Source: Candidatus Nomurabacteria bacterium CG1_02_43_90 (GTDB lineage: Bacteria > Patescibacteriota > Minisyncoccia > Phycocordibacterales > UBA1550). Taken from it: a stretch of 64,000 bases of DNA. Under the pieces are notes generated by a model, which had not been told where the DNA came from, did not search any database, and saw nothing but the letters and a program-made list of their open reading frames with translations. Of this stretch, positions 1-9,306 are shown one piece after another. The translations under genes and the position numbers were made by a program. Position 1 is the stretch's first letter. Every line of letters begins with the position of its first letter. The stretch is taken from the NCBI GenBank assembly GCA_001871765.1, contig MNVN01000015.1:52543-116542 (forward strand), read 5' to 3'.

Positions 1-2
1 CA

Positions 3-449
3 GAACCAATGATTCTAGAGAATGTTAAGACTGTTCCTGGTACCGATGGCCGTAAAATGAGTAAGAGTTATGGAAATACCATCCCCCTTTTTGGAACTAA
101 TGAAGAAATCAAAAAGGCCGTGATGAGTATCCCCACAGACTCAAAGGGTGTTGAGGACCCAAAAGATCCAAAGGAGTGCAAGGTGTTCGCAATGCACGAG
201 CTTTTCCCTGGTGACGAGCTGGAAGCACTTCGCGCGCGCTATCTTGCGGGAGGTATTGGTTACAAGGAGTCAAAGGATTTACTGGTAGCAAAAATAATTA
301 ACTTTATTACCCCAATGCGCACACGCCGTGAGGAGATTGCACAGAACCCCGAAGCAGTATTAAAAATTTTGAAAGAGGGTGGGGAAGTGGCACGAGCAGA
401 AGCGCAAAAGAAGGTTCAGGAAGTTCGCGAAAAGGTGGGTTTAATTTAA
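3..449 (+). CDS. trpS: Tryptophan--tRNA ligase, C-terminal part (5'-truncated by window edge)
   Basis: VPGTDGRKMSKSYGN class I KMSKS motif; IPTDS...KDP and GYKESK typical of TrpRS. Confidence 0.93.
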   Translation, partial: EPMILENVKTVPGTDGRKMSKSYGNTIPLFGTNEEIKKAVMSIPTDSKGVEDPKDPKECKVFAMHELFPGDELEALRARYLAGGIGYKESKDLLVAKIINFITPMRTRREEIAQNPEAVLKILKEGGEVARAEAQKKVQEVREKVGLI

Positions 450-460
450 TAATAAAAATT

Positions 461-718
461 ATGAACTTTTTTGAACAAGTAGCAGAGAATGACGGGGAAT
501 TTATTAATAGTGAACAAACTGCTTTTGAGATTGCTCAAGCAACACAAATGCAACTCATGAAGGATGCCGACACGGATGTGGGAAACTGGATTACGGCAAA
601 TAGCGAACGGTTCCGGACCCCCATGCAAGACCCAGAGCTTAATTTAGTTGAGCGACTGGCAAAGAGGGAAACACGTGCTGAAGCGATGGAGGAAATAAAG
701 AGCAAACTTTATAATTAA
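461..718 (+). CDS. Hypothetical protein, 85 aa
   Basis: ATG ORF tightly packed between trpS and aspS; no recognised motif. Confidence 0.7.
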   Translation: MNFFEQVAENDGEFINSEQTAFEIAQATQMQLMKDADTDVGNWITANSERFRTPMQDPELNLVERLAKRETRAEAMEEIKSKLYN

Positions 719-725
719 CATTATT

Positions 726-2120
726 ATGGAACGAACATACATTAAAGATTTAAAAGAGAAAATCGGGCAAGAGGTATCCATTTCTGGATGGGTTAATGTT
801 CGGCGTGATCAAGGGAAGATGGTTTTTCTGGACTTGCGTGATGTCACCGGCAAAGTCCAAGCAGTCGTTCTTCCTATGCATACCGAGGCACTTGAGGTTG
901 CACAGCGTGTTCGCTCAGAATGGGTTGTAAGTGTTTCTGCTCAAGTGAACAAACGCCCCGATCGCAATATCAAAGAGGGCGTATTGAATGGGGATATTGA
1001 ACTTGAAGTTTTGAATATTGAAGTCTTGAATGAGGCACAAACTCCACCGATGGATATAGCTTCGGATGGACATGAGATCGGAGAAGAAACGCGCCTCAAG
1101 TACCGCTACCTTGACCTTCGTCGTCCTCGCCTCCAGTACAACATGCGTTTGCGCCACAGCGTTACGCTCCATGTACGTAATTTTCTTTCCCGTCATGGAT
1201 TTCTCGAAATAGAAACGCCGATTCTTACAAAGTCGACCCCCGAAGGTTCTCGGGACTATGTTGTGCCCTCACGTCTTGAACAGGGCAAATTCTATGCGCT
1301 TCCGCAGTCACCTCAACAATACAAACAACTCCTTATGGTTGCAGGGACGGAACGATACTTCCAGGTTGCGCGGTGCATGCGCGACGAAGACACTCGTGGC
1401 GACCGTCAACCAGAGTTCACTCAGCTTGATATGGAGCTTTCCTTTGTAAGAGAGGAGGACATTATGCGTCTCAACGAGGAGCTTTTGATTGAGCTTGTGC
1501 AAACCTTGACTCCGGAAAAGAAAATTCAAACTATCCCATTTCCCCGTATTACCTACAAGGATGCGATGGAGAAGTATGGGAATGACAAGCCAGATATCCG
1601 TGAAGACAAAAACGACCCTGACCTCTTGGCATTTTGTTGGGTTATCGATTTCCCGTTTTTCGAGAAAGATAAAAAGGGGGCATGGACTTTTACCCACAAT
1701 CCATTCTCTTCACCACAGAAGGCGTACTACGAAGACTTAATGGAGAAAAAAAATATTGGCGAAATTTTAGCGACACAATATGATATTGCGCTCAACGGAT
1801 TTGAAATCGGTGGTGGAAGTATCCGCAATCATCGCCCCGAGGCGCTCATCAAAGTTCTCGAGATTATGGGACACACTGAAGAAAGTATTCGTTCAAATTT
1901 TGGACACATGCTCGAGGCATTTTCGTACGGCGCACCTCCGCACGGTGGTATTGCGTGGGGACTCGACAGGCTTGTAACCTTGCTCACGAATGAGCCAAAC
2001 ATCCGTGAAGTTATCGCATTCCCGAAGACGGGCGAAGGCCGTGACCTTATGATGGAAGCACCGTCTGAAATAAGCGCAGAGCAGTTGCAGGAGTTGGGTA
2101 TTGAGGTGAAGAAGAAGTAA
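726..2120 (+). CDS. aspS: Aspartate--tRNA ligase (short form lacking the GAD insertion)
   Basis: OB-fold N-terminus (GWV..RRDQG..FLDLRD), RLKYRYLDLRR, PQSPQQYKQLLM, RQPEFTQLD, PPHGGIAWGLDR. Confidence 0.96.
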   Translation: MERTYIKDLKEKIGQEVSISGWVNVRRDQGKMVFLDLRDVTGKVQAVVLPMHTEALEVAQRVRSEWVVSVSAQVNKRPDRNIKEGVLNGDIELEVLNIEVLNEAQTPPMDIASDGHEIGEETRLKYRYLDLRRPRLQYNMRLRHSVTLHVRNFLSRHGFLEIETPILTKSTPEGSRDYVVPSRLEQGKFYALPQSPQQYKQLLMVAGTERYFQVARCMRDEDTRGDRQPEFTQLDMELSFVREEDIMRLNEELLIELVQTLTPEKKIQTIPFPRITYKDAMEKYGNDKPDIREDKNDPDLLAFCWVIDFPFFEKDKKGAWTFTHNPFSSPQKAYYEDLMEKKNIGEILATQYDIALNGFEIGGGSIRNHRPEALIKVLEIMGHTEESIRSNFGHMLEAFSYGAPPHGGIAWGLDRLVTLLTNEPNIREVIAFPKTGEGRDLMMEAPSEISAEQLQELGIEVKKK

Positions 2121-2123
2121 ATT

Positions 2124-2453
2124 ATGTCAAAAAATAAAGAATCAGGTGATGATGGGGAGAAGGAGGTCTGTGACTTTGTTCCATGCCCAAACTGTGGTAA
2201 AAAATTAATGTTACTTCCTCCAAATTACCCACTTTATGACGTACAGTGCACGGGGTGTAGTTTCCGTGCACAAGTAAAAACAAACAACACGAGGCCCAAA
2301 GCACAAATTTTTTGAGCAGGATGGGATATTATGGAAAAAGTTTTGAAATCGGGGTTTATTACCCCACCATTAATCGCTAATTTCAAGAATATTCCTAACC
2401 TTACTGATATGGTAGGATTTGATTTTGTTGATTTAGAAAGTAATTTTTTCTAG
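2124..2453 (+). pseudogene. DpnI/Dam-replacing-family-like Zn-finger nuclease remnant with in-frame TGA at 2313-2315
   Basis: CPNCG...DVQCTGC...QVK resembles the DpnI N-terminus (CPNCG..ADFYC..C..ELKS); frame stays open past the TGA (AGWDIMEKVLKSG...) to TAG at 2451-2453. Confidence 0.55.
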
Positions 2454-2551
2454 TTTGCAATTAAAAGGCGGGCAACTAAGAAGGTCGGGGTCCAAAATAG
2501 CCTTTTAGTTTATCGTTGCTTTATCCCCAAAAATTTGATGTAATGAGGCTA

Positions 2552-3304
2552 ATGCAACCTGACTACCAAATCAAAACAGAAGTATTCGAAGGACCGCTGG
2601 AGCTCTTACTTGACCTCGTGGAGAAACGCAAGCTTTTTATCAATGATATTTCGCTTGCGACGGTTACTGATGATTATGTAGCACACCTCAAGCAGTTTGA
2701 AAAAATGCCGGTGGACTTTGTATCCAACTTTCTCATCGTTGCGTCTACCCTCGTACTCATCAAATCAAAATCCTTATTGCCCTCACTCGACCTGACTCCT
2801 GAGGAAACACAAGACATCGACGAGCTTGAGCGACGCTTGAGAGAATACCAAAAAATACGCGAGCTTGCCGTCGGGCTGAAGCAAATGTTTGGTGCTAATG
2901 TTTCTTTCCCTAAAGGGCAGTCGCGGGAGCGCGCTGTTGTGTTTACCCTGAGCGAAGAGATCACGCTCGCAGGGATCATTGAAGCAATGCAGTCCGTGAT
3001 TGCGCATTTTCCTAAAAAGGTGGCGCTCCCTAAGGTCTTGGTCAAAAAGGTAGTATCTCTCGAGGAGATGATGGATCGCCTCGCTACGCGCATTACTGGG
3101 AGCTTTAAGATGAGTTTCCGTGAGTTTGCAGGGGTAGGGAAGGAAGAAAAGGTGAATATCATTGTAAGTTTTCTTGCTATGCTCGAGCTCGTAAAGCAGG
3201 GGATGATTGCAGTCACCCAGGGTTCTCACGGTGATGATATCCAAATAGAGACTAATGTCGTAGAGACTCCGCATTACGGCAGGTCGGTACCACCTTTGAA
3301 TTAA
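2552..3304 (+). CDS. scpA: Segregation and condensation protein A
   Basis: FEGPLELLLDL, LVLIKSKSLLP, FLAMLELVK motifs; ATG 2552 preferred over TTG 2516. Confidence 0.93.
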   Translation: MQPDYQIKTEVFEGPLELLLDLVEKRKLFINDISLATVTDDYVAHLKQFEKMPVDFVSNFLIVASTLVLIKSKSLLPSLDLTPEETQDIDELERRLREYQKIRELAVGLKQMFGANVSFPKGQSRERAVVFTLSEEITLAGIIEAMQSVIAHFPKKVALPKVLVKKVVSLEEMMDRLATRITGSFKMSFREFAGVGKEEKVNIIVSFLAMLELVKQGMIAVTQGSHGDDIQIETNVVETPHYGRSVPPLN

Positions 3305-3310
3305 ATTATT

Positions 3311-3700
3311 ATGAAAAAAAATACTATTTACATTATGGTGCTGGCGGTCGCCGTTTTTATTGCCGGATTCTTTATGTACCTCTTTGCCAAGAATTATAGG
3401 CATTTGCAAAATACTGGTGCATTTCGGTCGACAGTGCACAGTTATCGACAGGCACTAAATGAGCGGGCGCCTATTACGGATCCGCACGCCATTGAATCAT
3501 GGATGACGTTTGATTATGTGAACAAAATGTTCAATCTCCCCGTTAGTTTTTTAAAGACAGAGATGGGAATAACGAGCACGAAGTATCCTCGGCTCACTCT
3601 TTATCGTGAAGCAAAATTGCAACAAATTCCCGAACAACTTTTCCTAGAAAATGTAAAAAATGCGGTTCTTCAATACGCTACTTCAACGCCACAAAAATAA
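3311..3700 (+). CDS. Membrane-anchored hypothetical protein
   Basis: N-terminal hydrophobic helix; ESWMTFDYVN segment; paired with a DedA gene. Confidence 0.75.
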   Translation: MKKNTIYIMVLAVAVFIAGFFMYLFAKNYRHLQNTGAFRSTVHSYRQALNERAPITDPHAIESWMTFDYVNKMFNLPVSFLKTEMGITSTKYPRLTLYREAKLQQIPEQLFLENVKNAVLQYATSTPQK

Positions 3701-3709
3701 TTATCTTGT

Positions 3710-4303
3710 ATGGAAACAATCCTCGGGTCATTTTTATCATTCCTTCTCCTCTATAAATACACTGCGCTCTTTGTTATTTCTTTTTTTGCTGCGTTCTTAC
3801 TCCCCCTTCCTTCGAGTAGCACCCTCGCTGCTTCGGGGGCGTTTGCTTCACAGGGGTATTTCAGTTTAGTAGTCGTTCTCTTTGTGGCACTTCTCGGAAA
3901 TGTTGTGGGAGATCTTGCTGGATATTTCCTCGCACGACGGTACGGCGAAGGATTTATGAGTAAGATTGGTTTCAAGAAAGTTTTTAGCTCACGCTACTAC
4001 AAGTCTGTCGTTGATTATTTGACGGGAGCTCCGCACTCGCTTATCTTTTTTAGTCGATTCTTGCCTGAAGTAGGTCCTGCGGTGAACATTCTTGCGGGGA
4101 TCACTGGCGTGCCGGTGCGTACCTTCCTCGTCGTTGATATTATTGGCGAAGTTTTTTATGTGCTTTTGTATGGACTCGTTGGTTTTTTTATGGGGAGTGG
4201 GTGGGAGAGCAACATGAGCTTTCTTCTCGAAGGAGGAATGGTTATGCTCTCGCTCGGTATCGTGATGGCCCTCATTCAGTATCTTCTTTTTCGGGCGCGA
4301 TAG
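3710..4303 (+). CDS. DedA/VTT family membrane protein
   Basis: GNVVGDLAGYFLARRYG and FFSRFLP motifs; several TM helices. Confidence 0.88.
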   Translation: METILGSFLSFLLLYKYTALFVISFFAAFLLPLPSSSTLAASGAFASQGYFSLVVVLFVALLGNVVGDLAGYFLARRYGEGFMSKIGFKKVFSSRYYKSVVDYLTGAPHSLIFFSRFLPEVGPAVNILAGITGVPVRTFLVVDIIGEVFYVLLYGLVGFFMGSGWESNMSFLLEGGMVMLSLGIVMALIQYLLFRAR

Positions 4304-4343
4304 GTATTTCCTCTTCGCACTGACAATATGTTAGAATATCAAA

Positions 4344-4934
4344 ATGGATAGCGAATTAGATATTTCAGCAAGAATAGAGGCACTCATATTTTTTAAAGGG
4401 GAACCCGTGACCGTTGCCTTTTTGGCAAAAACGCTAGGTATTTCAGATGAAGAAGTGCGAGCAGGCCTCATGACGTTGGAGCAGTCTCTTTCTGGTCGCG
4501 GAATTGTATTGATGAAAAACGATGATGAATACATGTTCAGCACTGCGCCACAAATGGGACAAATAATAGAAACGATTATTAAAGACGAGCTTGCAAAGGA
4601 GCTTGGTAAAGCAGGGCTCGAGACACTCGCCATCGTACTCTATCGTGGGCCAGTACTTCGCAGTGAGATAAACTACCTTCGTGGAGTAAACTCGAATTAT
4701 ATTTTGCGCGCTTTGCTGGTGCGTGGCTTAATCGAAAAAGTGGAGCAGGGGGGTCGCAGTACAGCGTATCGGCCTACTTTTGAACTTTTGTCTTATATGG
4801 GCGTAAGTAAGGTAGAAGATTTACCAGGGTATGAAGATACCACCAAAGCGGTCGAAGAATTTCATGAGGAAAATGACAACAATGGACACAAAGAAGAAGG
4901 AGACGGAATGGGTACTCCAGGAGGGGCGGCTTAA
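4344..4934 (+). CDS. scpB: SMC-Scp complex subunit ScpB
   Basis: IEALIF, LETLAIVLYRGPV.RSEI..LRGVNS, Y.PT.E.L motifs. Confidence 0.93.
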   Translation: MDSELDISARIEALIFFKGEPVTVAFLAKTLGISDEEVRAGLMTLEQSLSGRGIVLMKNDDEYMFSTAPQMGQIIETIIKDELAKELGKAGLETLAIVLYRGPVLRSEINYLRGVNSNYILRALLVRGLIEKVEQGGRSTAYRPTFELLSYMGVSKVEDLPGYEDTTKAVEEFHEENDNNGHKEEGDGMGTPGGAA

Positions 4935-5880
4935 ATATATTGCCTTGCTTCTTGCGGGGGGTGCAGTAATAGTAGTTCTTTTACAAGGGCTTCTTTATTT
5001 TATTTCTCCTTTGCAAAATAAGGTTGGTAACCAAAGTTCAAAAGAAACAGCGACACAAGAACAGATTGATCCTTTCGCCGGGGTTTCTCTCGAAGCGCGT
5101 GCAGTGTATGTGCTTGATTTAAAAACAAATACGGTCCTCTTTGAGAAAAATAGTCAAGAAAAACTTCCCCTTGCTTCCATAACCAAAACGATGACAGCAC
5201 TCCTTGCACGGGAAAATATTTCTCAGAATGCCGTAATCACGCTTTCAAAAGACGATCTTGCTACTGAAGGGGATTCCGGGTTACGGACCGGGGAACGCTG
5301 GCGGGTGGGAGACCTCCTCAATGTGATGCTCATTATATCCTCGAACGATGCCGCACATGCGATCGCAGGTTTTGTGGGTGGTGGTAGTCAAAATATTGAG
5401 CGAGGCACACCAGAAGCACGAGCGCAATTTATCGCAATGATGAATGAGAAAGCGCATACCCTGGGATTTCCTCAGATGGAATTTTTTAATGAGTCAGGGC
5501 TTGACATCATCGATGTTAAAAATGGTGCTCCCGCTCGTAGTGGGGGATATGGTTCTGCACATGACGTGGCACTACTTTTTGCAGAACTTTGGAAAAAATA
5601 TCCTGAGACCGTAGAGATAACCACGCACAAGGCAGCGCGGATTGTTTCGCAGAGTGATATTGTTCATGTTTTGCCGAATACTAACGAGATAACGGGTCAA
5701 ATACCAGGTCTTATTGCATCAAAAACAGGGTATACCACACTTGCGGGAGGTAACCTTGTGGTAATTTTTGACCATGGTATCGGCGACCCAGTCGTTGCGG
5801 TAGTACTCGGCTCTACCTACAAAGGTCGCTTTGATGACATGCAGAAGATTGTAGGTGCAGTGCGGACTCTGGAATTATAA
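4873..5880 (+). CDS. D-alanyl-D-alanine carboxypeptidase (peptidase S11)
   Basis: SxxK (ASITK), SxN (SSND), KTG (SKTGYT); N-terminal TM; start uncertain (overlaps scpB end). Confidence 0.9.
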   Translation: MTTMDTKKKETEWVLQEGRLKYIALLLAGGAVIVVLLQGLLYFISPLQNKVGNQSSKETATQEQIDPFAGVSLEARAVYVLDLKTNTVLFEKNSQEKLPLASITKTMTALLARENISQNAVITLSKDDLATEGDSGLRTGERWRVGDLLNVMLIISSNDAAHAIAGFVGGGSQNIERGTPEARAQFIAMMNEKAHTLGFPQMEFFNESGLDIIDVKNGAPARSGGYGSAHDVALLFAELWKKYPETVEITTHKAARIVSQSDIVHVLPNTNEITGQIPGLIASKTGYTTLAGGNLVVIFDHGIGDPVVAVVLGSTYKGRFDDMQKIVGAVRTLEL

Positions 5881-5973
5881 AAAATACATAAGGACTACAC
5901 CTGTTACCACTTTCAGCGAGCTAATTTAAGCGTTTGGTATTTGTTCATATTTTTTGTACAATAGGGTATATCT

Positions 5974-7029
5974 ATGCCTATCGACGTTGTAAAAATATTT
6001 CTTCCTACTGCCACAGCCTTTTTTGTTGGTATTGTCATGACGCCGATTCTTACGAATTTTCTCTATCGTCATAAAATGTGGAAAAAATCGAGTGTGAAGC
6101 TTACTATGGATGGCAGGGAAGCGACCATCTCGAGTAAACTTCATAATGATGAAGAGCGGAAGACGCCTCGCATGGGTGGGGTCGTGGTGTGGGGTTCTGT
6201 CTTCCTTACCGTCTTTTTATTTTTTATTCTCGCAACCGTATTTCCTGAAAGTATCTTTGCGAAACTTTCATTTCTCTCACGTAACCAAACATGGCTTCCG
6301 CTTTTTACGCTCATTGCAGGAGCGCTTTGCGGGCTTGTTGATGATTATTTAGTTTGTCGCGAAGCAGGTACTTATGCAGGGGGTGGTCTTTCCCTCCGTA
6401 TCCGTCTCGCATTCGTGTCAGTGCTCGCTTTATTGGGCGGGTGGTGGTTCTATGCAAAATTAGGAATGGATAGTATCCATATTCCTTTTGTCGGTGACGC
6501 TCATTTAGGACTCCTCTTCATCCCTCTTTTTGTTATTTTTATGATCGGTATTTATTCAGGAGGAATTATTGATGGTATCGATGGACTCTCAGGAGGTGTC
6601 TTCGCTGCTATTTTTTCTGCGTACACCATCATCGCGTTTTCTCAAGGACAGATTGACCTTGCCGCATTTTCAAGCGTTATCGTAGGAGGGCTTCTTGCGT
6701 TTCTTTGGTTCAATATTCCTCCTGCGCGATTTTTTAATTCAGAAACAGGCACCATGGCACTCACTACCTCTTTGGTTGTCGTGGCGTTTCTTACCAAAGC
6801 AGTACTTGTACTTTTGATTGTCGCTTTTCTCCTCATTGTTACGAGTGCTTCAAGTATTATTCAGATTCTCTCAAAGAAATTTCGTAAAGGGAAAAAAGTT
6901 TTTCTGGTAGCACCCCTCCATAACCACTTTCAGGCAAAGGGGTGGTCTCCGTACAAGGTCGTGATGCGGTATTGGGTGCTCTCAATTATTTTTGCGATTA
7001 TGGGAACGATTGTTGCATTGGTGGGGTAA
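5974..7029 (+). CDS. mraY: Phospho-N-acetylmuramoyl-pentapeptide transferase
   Basis: TPRMGG, VDD, DGIDGL, FLWFN.PPA, APLHNHF motifs. Confidence 0.93.
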   Translation: MPIDVVKIFLPTATAFFVGIVMTPILTNFLYRHKMWKKSSVKLTMDGREATISSKLHNDEERKTPRMGGVVVWGSVFLTVFLFFILATVFPESIFAKLSFLSRNQTWLPLFTLIAGALCGLVDDYLVCREAGTYAGGGLSLRIRLAFVSVLALLGGWWFYAKLGMDSIHIPFVGDAHLGLLFIPLFVIFMIGIYSGGIIDGIDGLSGGVFAAIFSAYTIIAFSQGQIDLAAFSSVIVGGLLAFLWFNIPPARFFNSETGTMALTTSLVVVAFLTKAVLVLLIVAFLLIVTSASSIIQILSKKFRKGKKVFLVAPLHNHFQAKGWSPYKVVMRYWVLSIIFAIMGTIVALVG

Positions 7030-7060
7030 TACTCATGAATAGTTATTTTGTAACGAAAAG

Positions 7061-8170
7061 ATGAAAAAAAAACATTCTATTGATAAAGTATTTCTTGGGC
7101 TCGCACTTACGATTGCCCTCCTCGGACTTTTTGTTTTTACTTCGGCATCGTTTGGACTTTTTGCGCGAAAAGGGTTCTCTTTGCAAGACCTTTTTTTTGA
7201 TCAAGTAGCTCTTGGTTTATTTCTTGGTCTTATTGCGATGGTTGTTGCCATCCGTTTCCCTATAGACCTTTTACGCAAATATTCCCTACACCTTTTTATT
7301 GCTTCAGTTGTCTTAACCATTCTTGTTTTTGTTCCTCATGTTGGCCTCGAGAAGATTAAGGGCGCACATCGATGGATAGATCTTCGGTTTACCTCATTCC
7401 AGCCGTCTGAGGCGCTCAAGCTTGCTACGGTAATCTATTTTGCGTCACTCTTACCTCTTTTTAAAGACCGCATCCATGAGCCAAAATATTCCCTAGGTAT
7501 CTTTTTTGGTGTTGTTGCCGTACCCGCAGCCCTGCTCCTTAAAGAGCCTGACACGGGAACTCTCGCCGTCCTTTTTGCAACCCTCCTCACTATGCTTATT
7601 GCGGGTGGGGCAAAATTGCGACATTTTTTCGTTGTGATGGCTATTGCTGTTGTTGCGGTGGGGGTTCTTGCTTTCGTAAAGCCATACATTATGGAACGTG
7701 TGCTTACTTTATTTGACTCATCACGTGACCCACAAGGGTCAAGCTATCAAATCCAAAAATCACTTCTCGCTATTGGTTCAGGTGGTATCACGGGGCGCGG
7801 GTTTGGTCAAAGTATTCAAAAATTTAGCTCACTCCCTGAACCCACAGGTGACTCTATTTTTGCCGTCGTAGGTGAGGAGTTTGGATTTATAGGTGGAGCG
7901 CTGGTCATCATACTCTTCTTCCTTTTTGGTCTTCGAGGGATTCAGATTGCACGACGGGCGCCCGATATGTGGAGTGGACTTTTAGCCATGGGAATTGTTA
8001 TACTGATAATATCGCAGTCATTTGCGAATATTGCAGCGATGCTGGGGTTGATCCCCCTTACGGGGGTGCCTTTAGTTTTTGTGAGCCATGGGGGGACGGC
8101 ACTTCTTTTTGCATTCCTGGAAATTGGTATATTGCTCAATATCTCTAAATTAACTAAACCAATCAAATGA
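7061..8170 (+). CDS. ftsW: SEDS family peptidoglycan glycosyltransferase FtsW
   Basis: GAHRWI, FQPSE..K, EPDTG, LPEPTGDSIFAVVGEEFG, PLTGVPLVFVSHGGT; located between mraY and murG. Confidence 0.92.
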   Translation: MKKKHSIDKVFLGLALTIALLGLFVFTSASFGLFARKGFSLQDLFFDQVALGLFLGLIAMVVAIRFPIDLLRKYSLHLFIASVVLTILVFVPHVGLEKIKGAHRWIDLRFTSFQPSEALKLATVIYFASLLPLFKDRIHEPKYSLGIFFGVVAVPAALLLKEPDTGTLAVLFATLLTMLIAGGAKLRHFFVVMAIAVVAVGVLAFVKPYIMERVLTLFDSSRDPQGSSYQIQKSLLAIGSGGITGRGFGQSIQKFSSLPEPTGDSIFAVVGEEFGFIGGALVIILFFLFGLRGIQIARRAPDMWSGLLAMGIVILIISQSFANIAAMLGLIPLTGVPLVFVSHGGTALLFAFLEIGILLNISKLTKPIK

Positions 8171-9306
8171 AAATTCTTTTTACCGGTGGGGGTAGTGGTG
8201 GACACTTTTATCCCATCATTGCCGTTGCAGAAAAATTAAACGTCCTCCTTGAGCGCGAAAAGATCGCAAGCGTTAATTTTTACTACATGTCGACTGAGCC
8301 TTATAATGAGCGACTTTTGTCTGATAACAAAATAAAATTCATCCCCGTGATCGCAGGTAAAGTTCGGGGTTATTTTTCGGTATCTAATTTCGTTGATTTT
8401 TTCAAAATGGGGTGGGGTATTGTCAAAGCTTTTTTCCAACTCTTTGCTCTCTACCCCGATGTAATTTTTAGTAAAGGTGGATTCCCTAGTTTCCCTGTTC
8501 TTTTTGCTGCTCGCTTTTTTCGTATACCCGTAATTATCCATGAGTCAGACAGTGCTCCTGGAAGGGTAAACGCGTGGGCTGGATCGTTTGCGCAAAAGAT
8601 TGCAATATCATATCCTGAGGCCGCTCAATTTTTCCCGGCAGGACGTACTGCACTTACGGGAAACCCTGTTCGTGAAGAAATCTTGCGCCCAACGGGAAAA
8701 GACACCTTCAAAGAGCTTGGTCTTGACCCTACTATCCCTGTCATCTTGATTCTAGGAGGGTCTCTTGGTGCACAAATCATAAATGAACAATTTGAAACCC
8801 TTGCTCCGCGTCTCGTTGATAAATATCAAGTTATCCACCAAACAGGAGAAGGGAATCTTGAGAGTGTGCACACTACGGTCTTAGGACTTCTAGGCAATAA
8901 TCCGCACGCTTCACGGTACCACCTCTACGGATACCTCGATACAGAAACGATGAGGCTCGCCTCCGAAGCAGCCACGATTGTTGTATCGCGTGCAGGATCA
9001 GCAATTTTTGAGATTGCAGCGTGGGGTATTCCCGCAATCATTATTCCTATCACTGAATCGAATGCAAACCATCAACGGAAAAATGCTTACGCGTACGCAC
9101 GTGCCGGAGCATCATTGGTAATAGAAGAGGCAAACCTTGGTCCCAGTATCCTTCTTTCGGAAATTGATAATCTTATGTCAGACGAACAAAGGAGAACAGC
9201 GATGCGCGAAGCAGCAAGGACCTTTTCCCATGTTGATGGTGCCGAAAAAATAGCAGAACAAATCGTCGCGGTTCTCTTGCGTCACCAAAATCCTTCTACC
9301 CTATGA
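8167..9306 (+). CDS. murG: UDP-GlcNAc:lipid I transferase MurG
   Basis: TGGGSGGH, HESD, TGNPVR, GGSLGA, SRAG, HQRKNA. Confidence 0.96.
   Translation: MKILFTGGGSGGHFYPIIAVAEKLNVLLEREKIASVNFYYMSTEPYNERLLSDNKIKFIPVIAGKVRGYFSVSNFVDFFKMGWGIVKAFFQLFALYPDVIFSKGGFPSFPVLFAARFFRIPVIIHESDSAPGRVNAWAGSFAQKIAISYPEAAQFFPAGRTALTGNPVREEILRPTGKDTFKELGLDPTIPVILILGGSLGAQIINEQFETLAPRLVDKYQVIHQTGEGNLESVHTTVLGLLGNNPHASRYHLYGYLDTETMRLASEAATIVVSRAGSAIFEIAAWGIPAIIIPITESNANHQRKNAYAYARAGASLVIEEANLGPSILLSEIDNLMSDEQRRTAMREAARTFSHVDGAEKIAEQIVAVLLRHQNPSTL

Noticed and set aside
2674..3439. Long antisense ORFs (180 and 218 aa) over scpA, and similar ones over PHP, dus, dprA, topA and relA (e.g. 63317-63955)
   Set aside because: Shadow frames of well-supported genes with no motifs of their own
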